From positions 1 through 44,955 of IMG/VR virus record IMGVR_UViG_3300040971_000022: a DNA stretch of 44,955 bases; one strand, written 5' to 3'. The notes under the pieces are model-generated. The model searched no databases. It worked only from the letters and a program-made list of their open reading frames with translations, and had not been told where the DNA came from. The stretch is from a virus. Lineage: Duplodnaviria > Caudoviricetes. The position numbers and the translations under genes were made by a program. The first letter of the stretch is position 1, and each line of letters begins with the position of its first letter. Below, in pieces: positions 36,339 through 44,955 of the stretch.

Positions 36339-39300
36339 CCTTTTTTCATTCCTTTATAACCAAAAGAAGTCATAGGAGTTATTCTTTCCAATAATCCTGT
36401 TTCTGCATCAGGTCTACTAGTCTTGTATACTCTTTTAAAAAAGGGGTCATCTGCTCTAGTTTGAATTTTATTTTCGAGTTTCCCAGCATAATACTGAGAT
36501 AATTCAGCATCATATATTAAGGCTAATCCAAATGCAGAAATTCTATCAGCATTAAGTTTTGGATGCCAAGCTATTGCTTCCTTTAAATAGCCTATACTTC
36601 TTATCTTTCTAAGGTTGGGAATGAAAGGTTTAGTTTCTCCTTCTTCAAGTTGCTTATTTTCTTCATCATAGGCTTCCTCTAACATCCAATCTGCTTGTAG
36701 TCTAAGAGCATATGAGTTTATAGCTGCAGTAGCATTTATACCCTTACTCACATTGGTACCAGCACTTTTAGCTTTAGTTAATTGTTTATCTATAAGTATT
36801 TCAGGGGTATCAGCTAACATTGTAAGAGCTTTTTTAACATTGTTAAAATATGTGAATAAGCCCTTTTTATTATTTTCATATATAATAAACCCATTATAGA
36901 ATCTGGCCATTCTATAGCATATCTCATAGAATTCATTAGCAGAGCCAGGTCTACCTGTATATTCCCCTACAATCCTACGTGTCCACCTATCAAAAACTAT
37001 ACAACTGCCTAGAGAGTTTGAGTACTCTACTACATCGTCATCGTAAGGATCACAATTATGAGTAGGGATATAGTTACACATATAAGTATGAGTATCACAT
37101 TCAAAATTATATACATATCCAGTATAACTATTCTTATGTATTTCTTCTATTCTGAAATATATATAATCTTCCCCTTCTTCAAAAAAGCAGGCATCTTCTG
37201 GAAACCCTCTAAGAGTTTTAATCCTACTATAATCTATAAGGGCCAATTTAATATCTTCTGAACAATCTAGTATTTCTCCTAGTTTTCTTGTATTATGCTG
37301 CCCTATTCTTAAAGAATATGTTGGTCGAGTAACACTAATTTTATCAGATCTATTAGTGTCTATTATTGTTTCTCCTGCTTCCCTTAAAAGCTGAAGACTG
37401 GATACTATACCAAGAGAGAATAAAATATCTTGTATATCTTGGAGTAAAGGTAAACTTACACTAACAAATTCAGCCACATTAAAATTCCTTTTACCTTTTC
37501 CTATACAACCATCAGAATCTAAATACCCTAAAACAATTTGTTTTTTTAATTCGGGATTCATATACTTAACCCATTCGGGGATAAATTTACCATAAGCATA
37601 TTTTCCAAAATGTTTTGTTAAAAATATATTTAGCTGTTGAAAAGATATTTGTAGTTCTATAGCCCCTTCTTTATCAATTTCACTTACTTTTCTTTCAAAT
37701 AATTCTTCTGCTATTCTTTTATACTTATTTATATAATATTCTTCTTTTGGGTTAAAACTTATGGAGATAGTATATCCATTATTTCCGCACCAACCGTCTC
37801 CTAACCATAGTCCTACTATCCACCAGAAATCTTTATTATTTAATGGATTTTTAATACGTCTATCTATCCTATGCTCTTTATCTATCCATAAAGATTCTAT
37901 ATCAGGAGTAATTACTTTTTTATATGTATTAGGTACCTTAACATAATCTCCTTTACAAACTTCTGATACCTTAGTAAAATTAAAATCAAATTTATAGTAA
38001 CGCTGCTTAATTCCTAACCTTTTATATTTTTTAATGCTCACATAACCTCTAGTAGGGTTACTTACATATATAGGATGCTCTTTAGTAAATGTTGTAGTTT
38101 TAAAAATATTTCCTATTTTTAATGTATAAGTATCCTCATTTTCTGTATAATAACGTTGAAGATTTTTTATACCTACTAAATTACCATCTATACTTACCAA
38201 GGAATTATTTAAAGTCACATCCTCTACATTCATTAGTCCCCTATCAGTCATAACTTTTTCTCCTGGTAATAAACAACTTACCACAAATCTATAAGGATCT
38301 TTATTATTTTTAGGGAGTTCAAAAAGCTCTACTGCTCCCTGTTTATTATCTATAGCAGGAAATTCTCTTATAGGATACATATCTGTATTATGCTTAAACT
38401 GTACATTTCCAGAAGCATCTATTATAAATTCCCCCACATAATGAGGGCTGGTAAATCCAGACATGTTCATACTTATTTCAGACAGCCATTCCTTTAAATC
38501 TGCTACAGGGAATATGGTACCATCTACCCTCATAATAGCTTCTTGTGGTGTAAGAGGCTCTTCTGCAGCATTTTGTGTAATAGTTTTAGAATCTGAGGCA
38601 CTTGCCCTAGTTTTAGCTCTTTCTATCAATACCTCTAAAAGAGCCTTGGTAATATCTGGTTCTCCTGTCTCTAAATCATAACAACCATGTCTACTAAGGT
38701 ATGCCCCCCAAAAGAATCCGCATAAACTTTCCCCCTTAGAATTTTTATCAAACACATTGGGTATACCATACACTCTATATGCTGAAGGATTGTAGAATAA
38801 CTTTTCTGCCCCAGCAAAATCTGCTCCTTCTACCCCTCCTGTTTGTTTTGTAATATACATATTAGATAGATAAGTATTTGTTGTTTTTGTATGCATATTA
38901 TAAACAAACTTATCTCCTATAAACTCTATCTCTTTTATTGATTCCTGATATAAGGATTGCATATTATTATTACCAATAAAGAAATGCCCTTTATTGTTAT
39001 CTTTATTTAATTTAAAAACTCCTTTACTAAATCTTGAAGAATCTCGTTTATTTTTTATAGTTAATATTTTATCAAGTGTATTTTGTTTATGGGCGCATAA
39101 GAATTTAATATTTTTCTGAAACCTTAAAATATCAGTATGATTTGTTACATAAAGCCTATATATACAGGTGTTAGGAGAATAACCATCTTTTCTAAATTCT
39201 TTTTGTATTGCAGAATGTATTCCAAACTTAATTAATTGATATTTTACTTCATTTAATAAAGATTCAGACATACTAGTTAAAGCTACTCTAATACAATCTC

Positions 39301-41062
39301 TTTTTTTATTATATGTAACGTTTCCATCAGCATCATAATAACCCCCTAACAACTCACTTAAAGAGTGTTTATCATACTCATGTATATTTTTTGGTAGAGT
39401 TTTTTCATACTTTACTTTACCGTACAAGCCTTCCTCTTTTAATGCTGGAATAATTTCTCGTATTGATAAAGACCTATAAACCCCCCCAGTTTTTTTAACA
39501 AACTGTTTAAGAATAGAATAATTATAATTGTTTTTTACAAACTCAAATATTTCTTCATCCCCACATGAGAGTTGTGGAGTACTATTTATGGTACAGTTAC
39601 CATCCCCAATCATTAGCCCTAGTAATCGGGCATCTTTAACTACTCTATTACCAAATAAGGGAACCTCATCAATTAATAATAGCTGATCTCCTTCTTTTAA
39701 ATCTTTTGCCAAAGTAAACGTTGTATACTTACCACAATATTTATTTCCAGTAGTTCTTTGAATCTTTACAGGATTAGTTACTCTCCAATGATTTCTTGTT
39801 ATGAGCAGAGGATGATCTTCTGAACATTCTATCATATTGTTGCCAGAAGTTTTTATTCTATAACAAGGCTTTTTTGCTGGCTCTTTAAACCATTCAATCT
39901 TTTCTTTATATATCCCATTACCATCATACCCAAGAATTCCAGAAGTCTGTCTAGTATAAGAGTCTTCTATATTAATAAGTTCTCCATCATTAGTCCACAC
40001 CTTAGTACCTGCACAGACACATCCAAGTGCTACCATTTGACCGTATGCTATCTTCCCTTCCTCAACAGCTCTTCTGTTAATATTCCAAGCAGTTTCTAAA
40101 TTAGGGAAAAGACCGTCCTCCTCATAATGGATTAAAGGCCCTCTAATACCTCTAGCCTTATCTGGATTATCTTTTAGTGATATTCCATATACACTAGAAA
40201 GTAGCCCTTTCCTTACACCATAATTATCTAGATACCCAAGCTGAATTTCCATAGCTCTTTTACTATCTCCCAACCTTAATTTAGGTAAAGGTGTATGAGT
40301 AGCTATCCAGTCTAAAGTATCTATTACTTTACCAAATACCCCTTTATCTCCTTGTAAGAATCCTTTATCAGAGGCTAGATGAAAATTAGGATTACCTGAA
40401 CCAGGCAGTATATACATATTTCTTGGAGAAAGACTGCCCATCTTAAAACTTGCGCCTATCCCTCTGGTTTTCAGCATTTTAACATGTTGTCCATTATTAC
40501 GGGCCTGCTCCATATAATGATAGAAAAGATAGTCTCCTAACCAAGGATGAGGAAATTCTCTTCTTCTATCCCCCTGAGTTTCGCTATCTTCTTCTCCTTC
40601 TACTATCCATATAGGGCAATAATTCCAATAAAAATATAATCCTCCCGGTATCCATTCCCCATCAGAAGGTCTTACTAAGCCATATTTCCATCTACGCACT
40701 TCTTCTTTCCAGAATTTAGCGTATTCTGATTTAGGATTTGGGTTAGGGGTTATATGTGTATATTTTTTATGTTTATCAAAAAATAAAGCTCTTTCTCTAA
40801 AAAAATTAATATCCTCTAATATATGTGGCTTAGTAATGTCTACATATATTCTTCCATCTGGAGTTTCTTTCCTTTTCTTTAAATCATTGGGTCTATCATA
40901 TCTGGGTTTATCAGAAGCTCTGCCTCTTATTTCTTCCGGCTGTACTAACCATTTAACAAAAGGTATGGTCTCTAGAAAATCATAGAAATCAACTTTTACT
41001 TCTTTAGGTAAATCTTTAAAGTCTTCATCAGTAAAAGTTGATTGGTACTTATTCATTTTCAT
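36323..41062 (-). CDS. terL: Terminase large subunit with two inteins (1579-aa precursor, 779 aa spliced)
   Basis: Walker A-like LKTRGIGASF, Walker B IHYEEDG, coupling motif G|TGG, nuclease (S|C)DPYDDD, YENN and NADRISA; two Hint/LAGLIDADG insertions. Confidence 0.95.
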   Translation of the reverse strand: MKMNKYQSTFTDEDFKDLPKEVKVDFYDFLETIPFVKWLVQPEEIRGRASDKPRYDRPNDLKKRKETPDGRIYVDITKPHILEDINFFRERALFFDKHKKYTHITPNPNPKSEYAKFWKEEVRRWKYGLVRPSDGEWIPGGLYFYWNYCPIWIVEGEEDSETQGDRRREFPHPWLGDYLFYHYMEQARNNGQHVKMLKTRGIGASFKMGSLSPRNMYILPGSGNPNFHLASDKGFLQGDKGVFGKVIDTLDWIATHTPLPKLRLGDSKRAMEIQLGYLDNYGVRKGLLSSVYGISLKDNPDKARGIRGPLIHYEEDGLFPNLETAWNINRRAVEEGKIAYGQMVALGCVCAGTKVWTNDGELINIEDSYTRQTSGILGYDGNGIYKEKIEWFKEPAKKPCYRIKTSGNNMIECSEDHPLLITRNHWRVTNPVKIQRTTGNKYCGKYTTFTLAKDLKEGDQLLLIDEVPLFGNRVVKDARLLGLMIGDGNCTINSTPQLSCGDEEIFEFVKNNYNYSILKQFVKKTGGVYRSLSIREIIPALKEEGLYGKVKYEKTLPKNIHEYDKHSLSELLGGYYDADGNVTYNKKRDCIRVALTSMSESLLNEVKYQLIKFGIHSAIQKEFRKDGYSPNTCIYRLYVTNHTDILRFQKNIKFLCAHKQNTLDKILTIKNKRDSSRFSKGVFKLNKDNNKGHFFIGNNNMQSLYQESIKEIEFIGDKFVYNMHTKTTNTYLSNMYITKQTGGVEGADFAGAEKLFYNPSAYRVYGIPNVFDKNSKGESLCGFFWGAYLSRHGCYDLETGEPDITKALLEVLIERAKTRASASDSKTITQNAAEEPLTPQEAIMRVDGTIFPVADLKEWLSEISMNMSGFTSPHYVGEFIIDASGNVQFKHNTDMYPIREFPAIDNKQGAVELFELPKNNKDPYRFVVSCLLPGEKVMTDRGLMNVEDVTLNNSLVSIDGNLVGIKNLQRYYTENEDTYTLKIGNIFKTTTFTKEHPIYVSNPTRGYVSIKKYKRLGIKQRYYKFDFNFTKVSEVCKGDYVKVPNTYKKVITPDIESLWIDKEHRIDRRIKNPLNNKDFWWIVGLWLGDGWCGNNGYTISISFNPKEEYYINKYKRIAEELFERKVSEIDKEGAIELQISFQQLNIFLTKHFGKYAYGKFIPEWVKYMNPELKKQIVLGYLDSDGCIGKGKRNFNVAEFVSVSLPLLQDIQDILFSLGIVSSLQLLREAGETIIDTNRSDKISVTRPTYSLRIGQHNTRKLGEILDCSEDIKLALIDYSRIKTLRGFPEDACFFEEGEDYIYFRIEEIHKNSYTGYVYNFECDTHTYMCNYIPTHNCDPYDDDVVEYSNSLGSCIVFDRWTRRIVGEYTGRPGSANEFYEICYRMARFYNGFIIYENNKKGLFTYFNNVKKALTMLADTPEILIDKQLTKAKSAGTNVSKGINATAAINSYALRLQADWMLEEAYDEENKQLEEGETKPFIPNLRKIRSIGYLKEAIAWHPKLNADRISAFGLALIYDAELSQYYAGKLENKIQTRADDPFFKRVYKTSRPDAETGLLERITPMTSFGYKGMKKGLISN
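37055..38275 (-). mobile_element. Intein 2 with LAGLIDADG homing endonuclease, 407 aa
   Basis: FVVS|CLLPGEKVMT ... TKEHP ... IVGLWLGDG ... LGYLDSDG ... VYNFE ... IPTHN|CDPY; canonical His-Asn end with Cys+1. Confidence 0.93.
38843..40021 (-). mobile_element. Intein 1 with LAGLIDADG homing endonuclease, 393 aa, atypical Lys-Gln C-terminus
   Basis: VALG|CVCAGTKVWT ... SEDHP ... LLGLMIGDG ... GGYYDADG ... VYNM ... YITKQ|TGG; Thr+1. Confidence 0.9.
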
Positions 41063-41618
41063 ATTCTAATCCTTCTTCAAACATATTAAATTCTCTACTT
41101 CCCTTACTTCTACCTTCTAATATCTTCTGCTCTTTAATTAACTCGGTATAGGCTGAATTTAGGTTCGCCATTGCTTTAGGTATTTTCTCTAGTATAGCTG
41201 TTACTTTTTGAGCAGCTGCTAAAGGATCTTCAGAAGAGGTAATATGATCCTTTGCATTCTTACATACATCATTAACAGCATCTGCTGCAATCTGTGCTCC
41301 TTCATACATAGAGGAGTTAACTGTTCGAGAACGCTCTTTATAGAAGTCCACAGCTTCCTGAACTACAGTATCAATCTTCCAATCAGCTCCTAGTTCTAAA
41401 TCCTTTACTAATTCCCTCTCACGTTCTTTTGTATTTATTATATACATATAATCTGAACGTAGATCTGTAAAGAAGGCTACAAAAGAAATCTCCTTTACAG
41501 CCCTCTCTTTACCTTTACTTTTATCCCTGTCTATTAACTTCTTAAAAGGTTTAAGAGTTAATAGTTGAGGGGAATATTTTACACTATAATTTTCTTTATC
41601 AAATTCTATCAGATTCAT
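41049..41618 (-). CDS. Probable terminase small subunit, 189 aa
   Basis: Helical protein overlapping the terL start; RDKSKGKERA motif; function inferred from position. Confidence 0.5.
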   Translation of the reverse strand: MNLIEFDKENYSVKYSPQLLTLKPFKKLIDRDKSKGKERAVKEISFVAFFTDLRSDYMYIINTKERERELVKDLELGADWKIDTVVQEAVDFYKERSRTVNSSMYEGAQIAADAVNDVCKNAKDHITSSEDPLAAAQKVTAILEKIPKAMANLNSAYTELIKEQKILEGRSKGSREFNMFEEGLEYENE

Positions 41619-41856
41619 CCTTTTCCTTCTCTTTCATTAGTTTAAACTTCTCTTTAGTGCTTTCTCGTACAAAAAACATTGCAAAGTTAGGTAATCTTAT
41701 AGCTGGAAAATACACTTCTTCTCTATCAGACACCTCTGTAATATTATATTTTAAGTATTCAAATACACTCATCAGCACTGTCTTAGCTTGCTCAGTACTA
41801 ACACCGTGATCTTTAGCAATACTTCTTATTAACTCATTAGTTTTTAAATTTCTCAT
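41599..41856 (-). CDS. HU/IHF-like DNA-binding protein, 85 aa
   Basis: ELIRSIAKDHGVS...IRLPNFAMFFV resembles HU helices and the V.L.GFG.F strand. Confidence 0.7.
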   Translation of the reverse strand: MRNLKTNELIRSIAKDHGVSTEQAKTVLMSVFEYLKYNITEVSDREEVYFPAIRLPNFAMFFVRESTKEKFKLMKEKEKDESDRI

Positions 41857-42122
41857 ATATCTTCTTGAATATGTACCATACTTACTCCTGTACTATTTAA
41901 CCCTTCTACTTTAGTTTCAGTTTCTCCAAGTAATGCATCAAATATACTATTCCATAAAGCCTTTTCTTCTTTATTATAAGGGTTGCTAAATCCTACACTA
42001 TTAATATGATTTTTAAGCTTTTCAAGTGAGGTAATGAAAGGAGTAATATCATCTACTCCTTCATCTTCATCCTGTAAAAACCTTAACTCAATACTCTGTA
42101 TCTTCTGTGCTGTTATCTCCAT
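41853..42122 (-). CDS. Hypothetical protein, 89 aa
   Basis: ORF in a tightly packed operon. Confidence 0.65.
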   Translation of the reverse strand: MEITAQKIQSIELRFLQDEDEGVDDITPFITSLEKLKNHINSVGFSNPYNKEEKALWNSIFDALLGETETKVEGLNSTGVSMVHIQEDI

Positions 42123-42285
42123 AAAGTTCTTTTTCTTCTATTAGTTCTTGTAAGGCTACCCAGTCATTATAATGTTTTTCACACATATAAGCTTTTCCAG
42201 ATACAGTATTTTCAAAGACTCTAAAATCTCCTCTAATATATTTACCCTCCATTTCACATCTAATACAATATCTTGGATTTTTCAT
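42088..42285 (-). CDS. Small putative zinc-binding protein, 65 aa
   Basis: CIRC...CEKH. Confidence 0.6.
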   Translation of the reverse strand: MKNPRYCIRCEMEGKYIRGDFRVFENTVSGKAYMCEKHYNDWVALQELIEEKELYGDNSTEDTEY

Positions 42286-42297
42286 AATATAATTGTT

Positions 42298-43512
42298 TTA
42301 AAACCAAACATCCCATTGTTTTAAATTCTTACCTTCAAATAAATCAAAGCTGCATCCTGGTTTATTATAACCAAAGTTAGTCATAATCCATTTAGAGCTT
42401 CCAAATACACTGGGTATATTTCTGTATCTAAAATGTTTACCCTGTTGAGTAGCAGACTGGTGTAAATCTCCTTTAATAAAATGTAGATTATTATTAGATA
42501 CACCTTTATTTAACATATAGTCTATGATATATTTCTCTGTCTCAGGTTTTAAATGTAGAGGCATTCCATTCTTCATATCCTCACTATCCTTACCATGACA
42601 AAGTAGTAGAGTAAAGTCCTCTCTCTTTACCGGTACTATAAAATCTCTAGATACTTTGAAAGTAATATTTCCTTCATAGGTACCAGTAATATATTCTTCT
42701 AAGGTTCTATTAGCAAAGTAACTAAATTCTCCACTATGATTATCATCTGATAGATGGATTATAGTAATCTTTTCTGCCCATCCAGCTGTAAGTATCTTAT
42801 CATATAGAAATCTATGAGCTTCTACAAATACTTCAAATGCTTCTATATTAGACATATTTTGTGGTAAAGTATGCCCTCCTCTAGTAGTCTGAGCATTATA
42901 CCCATCTAAAGCATCTCCTAAGTCTGTAATGATAATCTCTTTTATAGTTCCTTCTTCTAGAACTATTTTCTCTATTTCTGATAGTATAGAGCTCATTCTG
43001 GCCATTATCTCTTCTTTGCTGTATGGATTACTATACATAGCATTATCTGGCACGTAAGCTCCTATATGTTTATCTGAAGTATATACTACTAAAGTTTTAT
43101 TAGAATTAGTTTCTGTAGTAGGAACTAATATTGGCTCCAAAGTTTTAGTAAAAGCTAATATTACATCATCTATATTAGGTAATTGTAAAGGTTCGTTTTT
43201 AGTAACTACACTAAACCTAAAGTCTCCTCCAGCAGTTTGCCAATACTTCACAGATTTAACATCATCTGGATTAATCTTCTGTGCTGATAAATACTTATCA
43301 AACTCAGAAATAGTATTATCAGATGTATTATCTAACTCTAGTTCTTTCTCCTTATTATCTTCTGTATCCCTTAATATCTTTTTTGCCTCTGTAACTTCTT
43401 CCACTAAACATTCCAATAGACTAGCTAAATTCTCCTTGCCACGCTTTATATATCCGGGGTTCTTGGTTAAAAACTTTACAATCTCTTGGACTTTGGATGT
43501 GTTCTCTATCAT
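42298..43512 (-). CDS. Calcineurin-like metallophosphoesterase, 404 aa
   Basis: SDKHIG, DLGDALDG, DNH, CHG and GDLH metal-binding motifs. Confidence 0.85.
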   Translation of the reverse strand: MIENTSKVQEIVKFLTKNPGYIKRGKENLASLLECLVEEVTEAKKILRDTEDNKEKELELDNTSDNTISEFDKYLSAQKINPDDVKSVKYWQTAGGDFRFSVVTKNEPLQLPNIDDVILAFTKTLEPILVPTTETNSNKTLVVYTSDKHIGAYVPDNAMYSNPYSKEEIMARMSSILSEIEKIVLEEGTIKEIIITDLGDALDGYNAQTTRGGHTLPQNMSNIEAFEVFVEAHRFLYDKILTAGWAEKITIIHLSDDNHSGEFSYFANRTLEEYITGTYEGNITFKVSRDFIVPVKREDFTLLLCHGKDSEDMKNGMPLHLKPETEKYIIDYMLNKGVSNNNLHFIKGDLHQSATQQGKHFRYRNIPSVFGSSKWIMTNFGYNKPGCSFDLFEGKNLKQWDVWF

Positions 43513-43687
43513 TATATGTATTTTTAGTTGATACTATTTTATAGGTAAGTGAATATTTTCCAGTACTCTTTTTTAAAGTAATAGCGTTAGGAATATAGTT
43601 CCAGTCCTTATTATTACTAAATACATTTACCATATTGTAATGAAGCAGTATTAGAAAGAAGTAGTCCTTACTTACCTTTGTTTCCAT
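43421..43687 (-). CDS. Hypothetical protein, 88 aa
   Basis: Start overlaps the upstream stop, but the ORF also overlaps the phosphoesterase by 92 nt. Confidence 0.45.
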   Translation of the reverse strand: METKVSKDYFFLILLHYNMVNVFSNNKDWNYIPNAITLKKSTGKYSLTYKIVSTKNTYNDREHIQSPRDCKVFNQEPRIYKAWQGEFS

Positions 43688-44055
43688 TACTTAAATTTAA
43701 AAGTTAACTCTTGAAGTTCTCCTTCAAAAGGCTTTAAGTACTTACTTACAAATACCATATTATCACCACTACCCTCTAGTAGCCCATACTTCTTAAGAGC
43801 CATTAAAATGTTGTATAGACTATCCATAGATACTCCTAAATCTCTAGCTATATTCTGTCTAGTATCTCTGTGAAAGGTAATCTTGTCCCTATGCTCTACC
43901 GGTATATTCTTATTTTCATTATTATAAAAATATAACCAGGATAATACCTCTTTCTCTCTAAATCTTAAATCTTTAAATGGAGAGCTTGTTATAGCAAAAG
44001 CCTCTATAAAAAATAAATATTTAGGTTGGCCCTCCTTTGGAATTGTTACTGTCAT
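43687..44055 (-). CDS. Winged helix-turn-helix DNA-binding protein, 122 aa
   Basis: LRFREKEVL...RQNIARDLGVSMDSLYNILMALKKYGLL. Confidence 0.75.
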   Translation of the reverse strand: MTVTIPKEGQPKYLFFIEAFAITSSPFKDLRFREKEVLSWLYFYNNENKNIPVEHRDKITFHRDTRQNIARDLGVSMDSLYNILMALKKYGLLEGSGDNMVFVSKYLKPFEGELQELTFKFK

Positions 44056-44077
44056 ACTCTTGCCTTTTAGTTCTATG

Positions 44078-44109
44078 CAAATATATACACTATTTTGTTA
44101 AAAAACAAA
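44078..44109 (-). promoter_or_regulatory. Bacteroidota-type promoter
   Basis: TTTG (44109-44106) - 20 nt - TATATTTG (44085-44078). Confidence 0.75.
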
Positions 44110-44139
44110 CCCCAACCTAATTATTTTTAAGTTGGGGTT
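44100..44139 (-). terminator. Intrinsic terminator after the 117-aa gene
   Basis: Minus strand CCCCAACTTAA-loop-TTAGGTTGGGG (one G.U pair) followed by TTTGTTTTTT. Confidence 0.8.
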
Positions 44140-44156
44140 AAATACAAACAACAAAT

Positions 44157-44510
44157 TTACTTAGACTGCTTTAACTCATTACCTTCTAAATCTACAATTT
44201 TGTTTTCAGGTTTAATAATTAAAGGTTCCTCTTCATCCTTTTCACCTTCTTTTTCAATCTGTTCAATTCTTTTAGCCTTCTCTTCTTGCATCTTCATAAA
44301 ATCTCCCGCTAGTTTAGGGATTACAAGACTAAGGTTATAATACTTAGCCAATAGCTCTAAATATTCCACCTCATCCTTTAACCAAGCTTTTTCTTTCCTC
44401 TTTTCTGCTCTTTGTTTAGCTTCAATTTCTCTAATCTGTGCCTGAGTTAATTCTTTTACCCCTTCTTGCTTTACTTCTGCTTCCTGTGTTCCTTGCTTTG
44501 CCTTTGCCAT
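44157..44510 (-). CDS. Charged coiled-coil hypothetical protein, 117 aa
   Basis: E/K-rich ORF followed by a terminator. Confidence 0.75.
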   Translation of the reverse strand: MAKAKQGTQEAEVKQEGVKELTQAQIREIEAKQRAEKRKEKAWLKDEVEYLELLAKYYNLSLVIPKLAGDFMKMQEEKAKRIEQIEKEGEKDEEEPLIIKPENKIVDLEGNELKQSK

Positions 44511-44516
44511 AACTAA

Positions 44517-44879
44517 TTATTTATTATTAATATTATGCCTATTTTTATAGGCTGTGTTAAACTTTCTCTTGTAATGTGCTATCCTTTTGGATAAATGTGT
44601 TAAAGGAAATTCTATACTATAACTCTCATACATATTAATTTTAGTATCGTAATAAGATATTCTTACAAACTTAGTTGGAGGTATTTTTTTAGTCTTTACA
44701 ATATTTTTTTCGATGGTCCCTCCATACCCATCATTTTCTTTAACTTTTACCGTGTAATTCTCTTCTTCCTTAATTATTAAAGTTACTTTAGCTGATTTAT
44801 AAGCTCTTAAAAACTTAGTCTGTAAATTTAGCAGTCTTTCTAAATATAATAACTTCTGCTGTTCCTTTAGTATAGTCAT
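44517..44879 (-). CDS. Basic hypothetical protein, 120 aa
   Basis: ORF directly downstream of a consensus promoter. Confidence 0.7.
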   Translation of the reverse strand: MTILKEQQKLLYLERLLNLQTKFLRAYKSAKVTLIIKEEENYTVKVKENDGYGGTIEKNIVKTKKIPPTKFVRISYYDTKINMYESYSIEFPLTHLSKRIAHYKRKFNTAYKNRHNINNK

Positions 44880-44899
44880 TCTTAACTATTTAATTCCTG

Positions 44900-44931
44900 C
44901 AAATATATACAAAGTTTTTATACTACACAAA
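44900..44931 (-). promoter_or_regulatory. Bacteroidota-type promoter
   Basis: TTTG (44931-44928) - 20 nt - TATATTTG (44907-44900). Confidence 0.75.
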
Positions 44932-44955
44932 TTTAGTAAAGATTTTTTTATACCA

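Noticed and set aside
872-38681. Many plus-strand ORFs in the track (e.g. 2075-2662, 24036-24581, 31511-32101, 35109-35495)
   Set aside because: They are Ser/Leu/Phe-rich antisense shadows of long minus-strand genes, with no motifs or plus-strand expression signals.
1-44955. Stop-codon reassignment (TAG or TGA), known in some crAss-like phages
   Set aside because: Long genes are intact under the standard code, coding density is high, and TAG ends genes at sensible boundaries (e.g. 22552, 23798, 33761).
1-44955. CRISPR array, tRNA or group I/II intron
   Set aside because: Intergenic gaps are short and explained by promoters, terminators or small ORFs. No regularly spaced repeats, cloverleaf or split genes were seen by eye; a covariance-model scan was not possible.

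Overview
This window is the virion/morphogenesis arm of an AT-rich crAss-like (Crassvirales) phage of a Bacteroidota host, and essentially all real genes are on the minus strand. In transcription order (right to left) it holds: small hypothetical and DNA-binding genes, a metallophosphoesterase, an HU/IHF-like protein, a probable TerS, and TerL interrupted by two LAGLIDADG inteins (one ending in Gln). Then come the portal, a 512-aa peptidoglycan-binding candidate cargo protein, scaffold, major capsid protein, three tandem ring-protein paralogs, auxiliary capsid protein, tail hub and fibre genes (the long fibre ends in a BACON domain), and an amidase-holin-spanin-like lysis cassette. The window ends with two more ring proteins, the muzzle protein and three cargo/ejection proteins; the last is a giant ORF of at least 1668 aa that runs off the left edge and is missing from the ORF track. 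The standard genetic code fits. Six exact host-type TTTG-N20-TAnnTTTG promoters and three intrinsic terminators are visible. The most interesting unexplained signals are a shared 'xxxxGGx(L/I/V)' motif bracketing modules in two candidate cargo proteins, a spanin-position protein with an apparent C-terminal outer-membrane beta anchor, and a Lys-Gln-ended intein. Family assignments come from recognised motifs and recalled crAssphage gene order, not from database searches.
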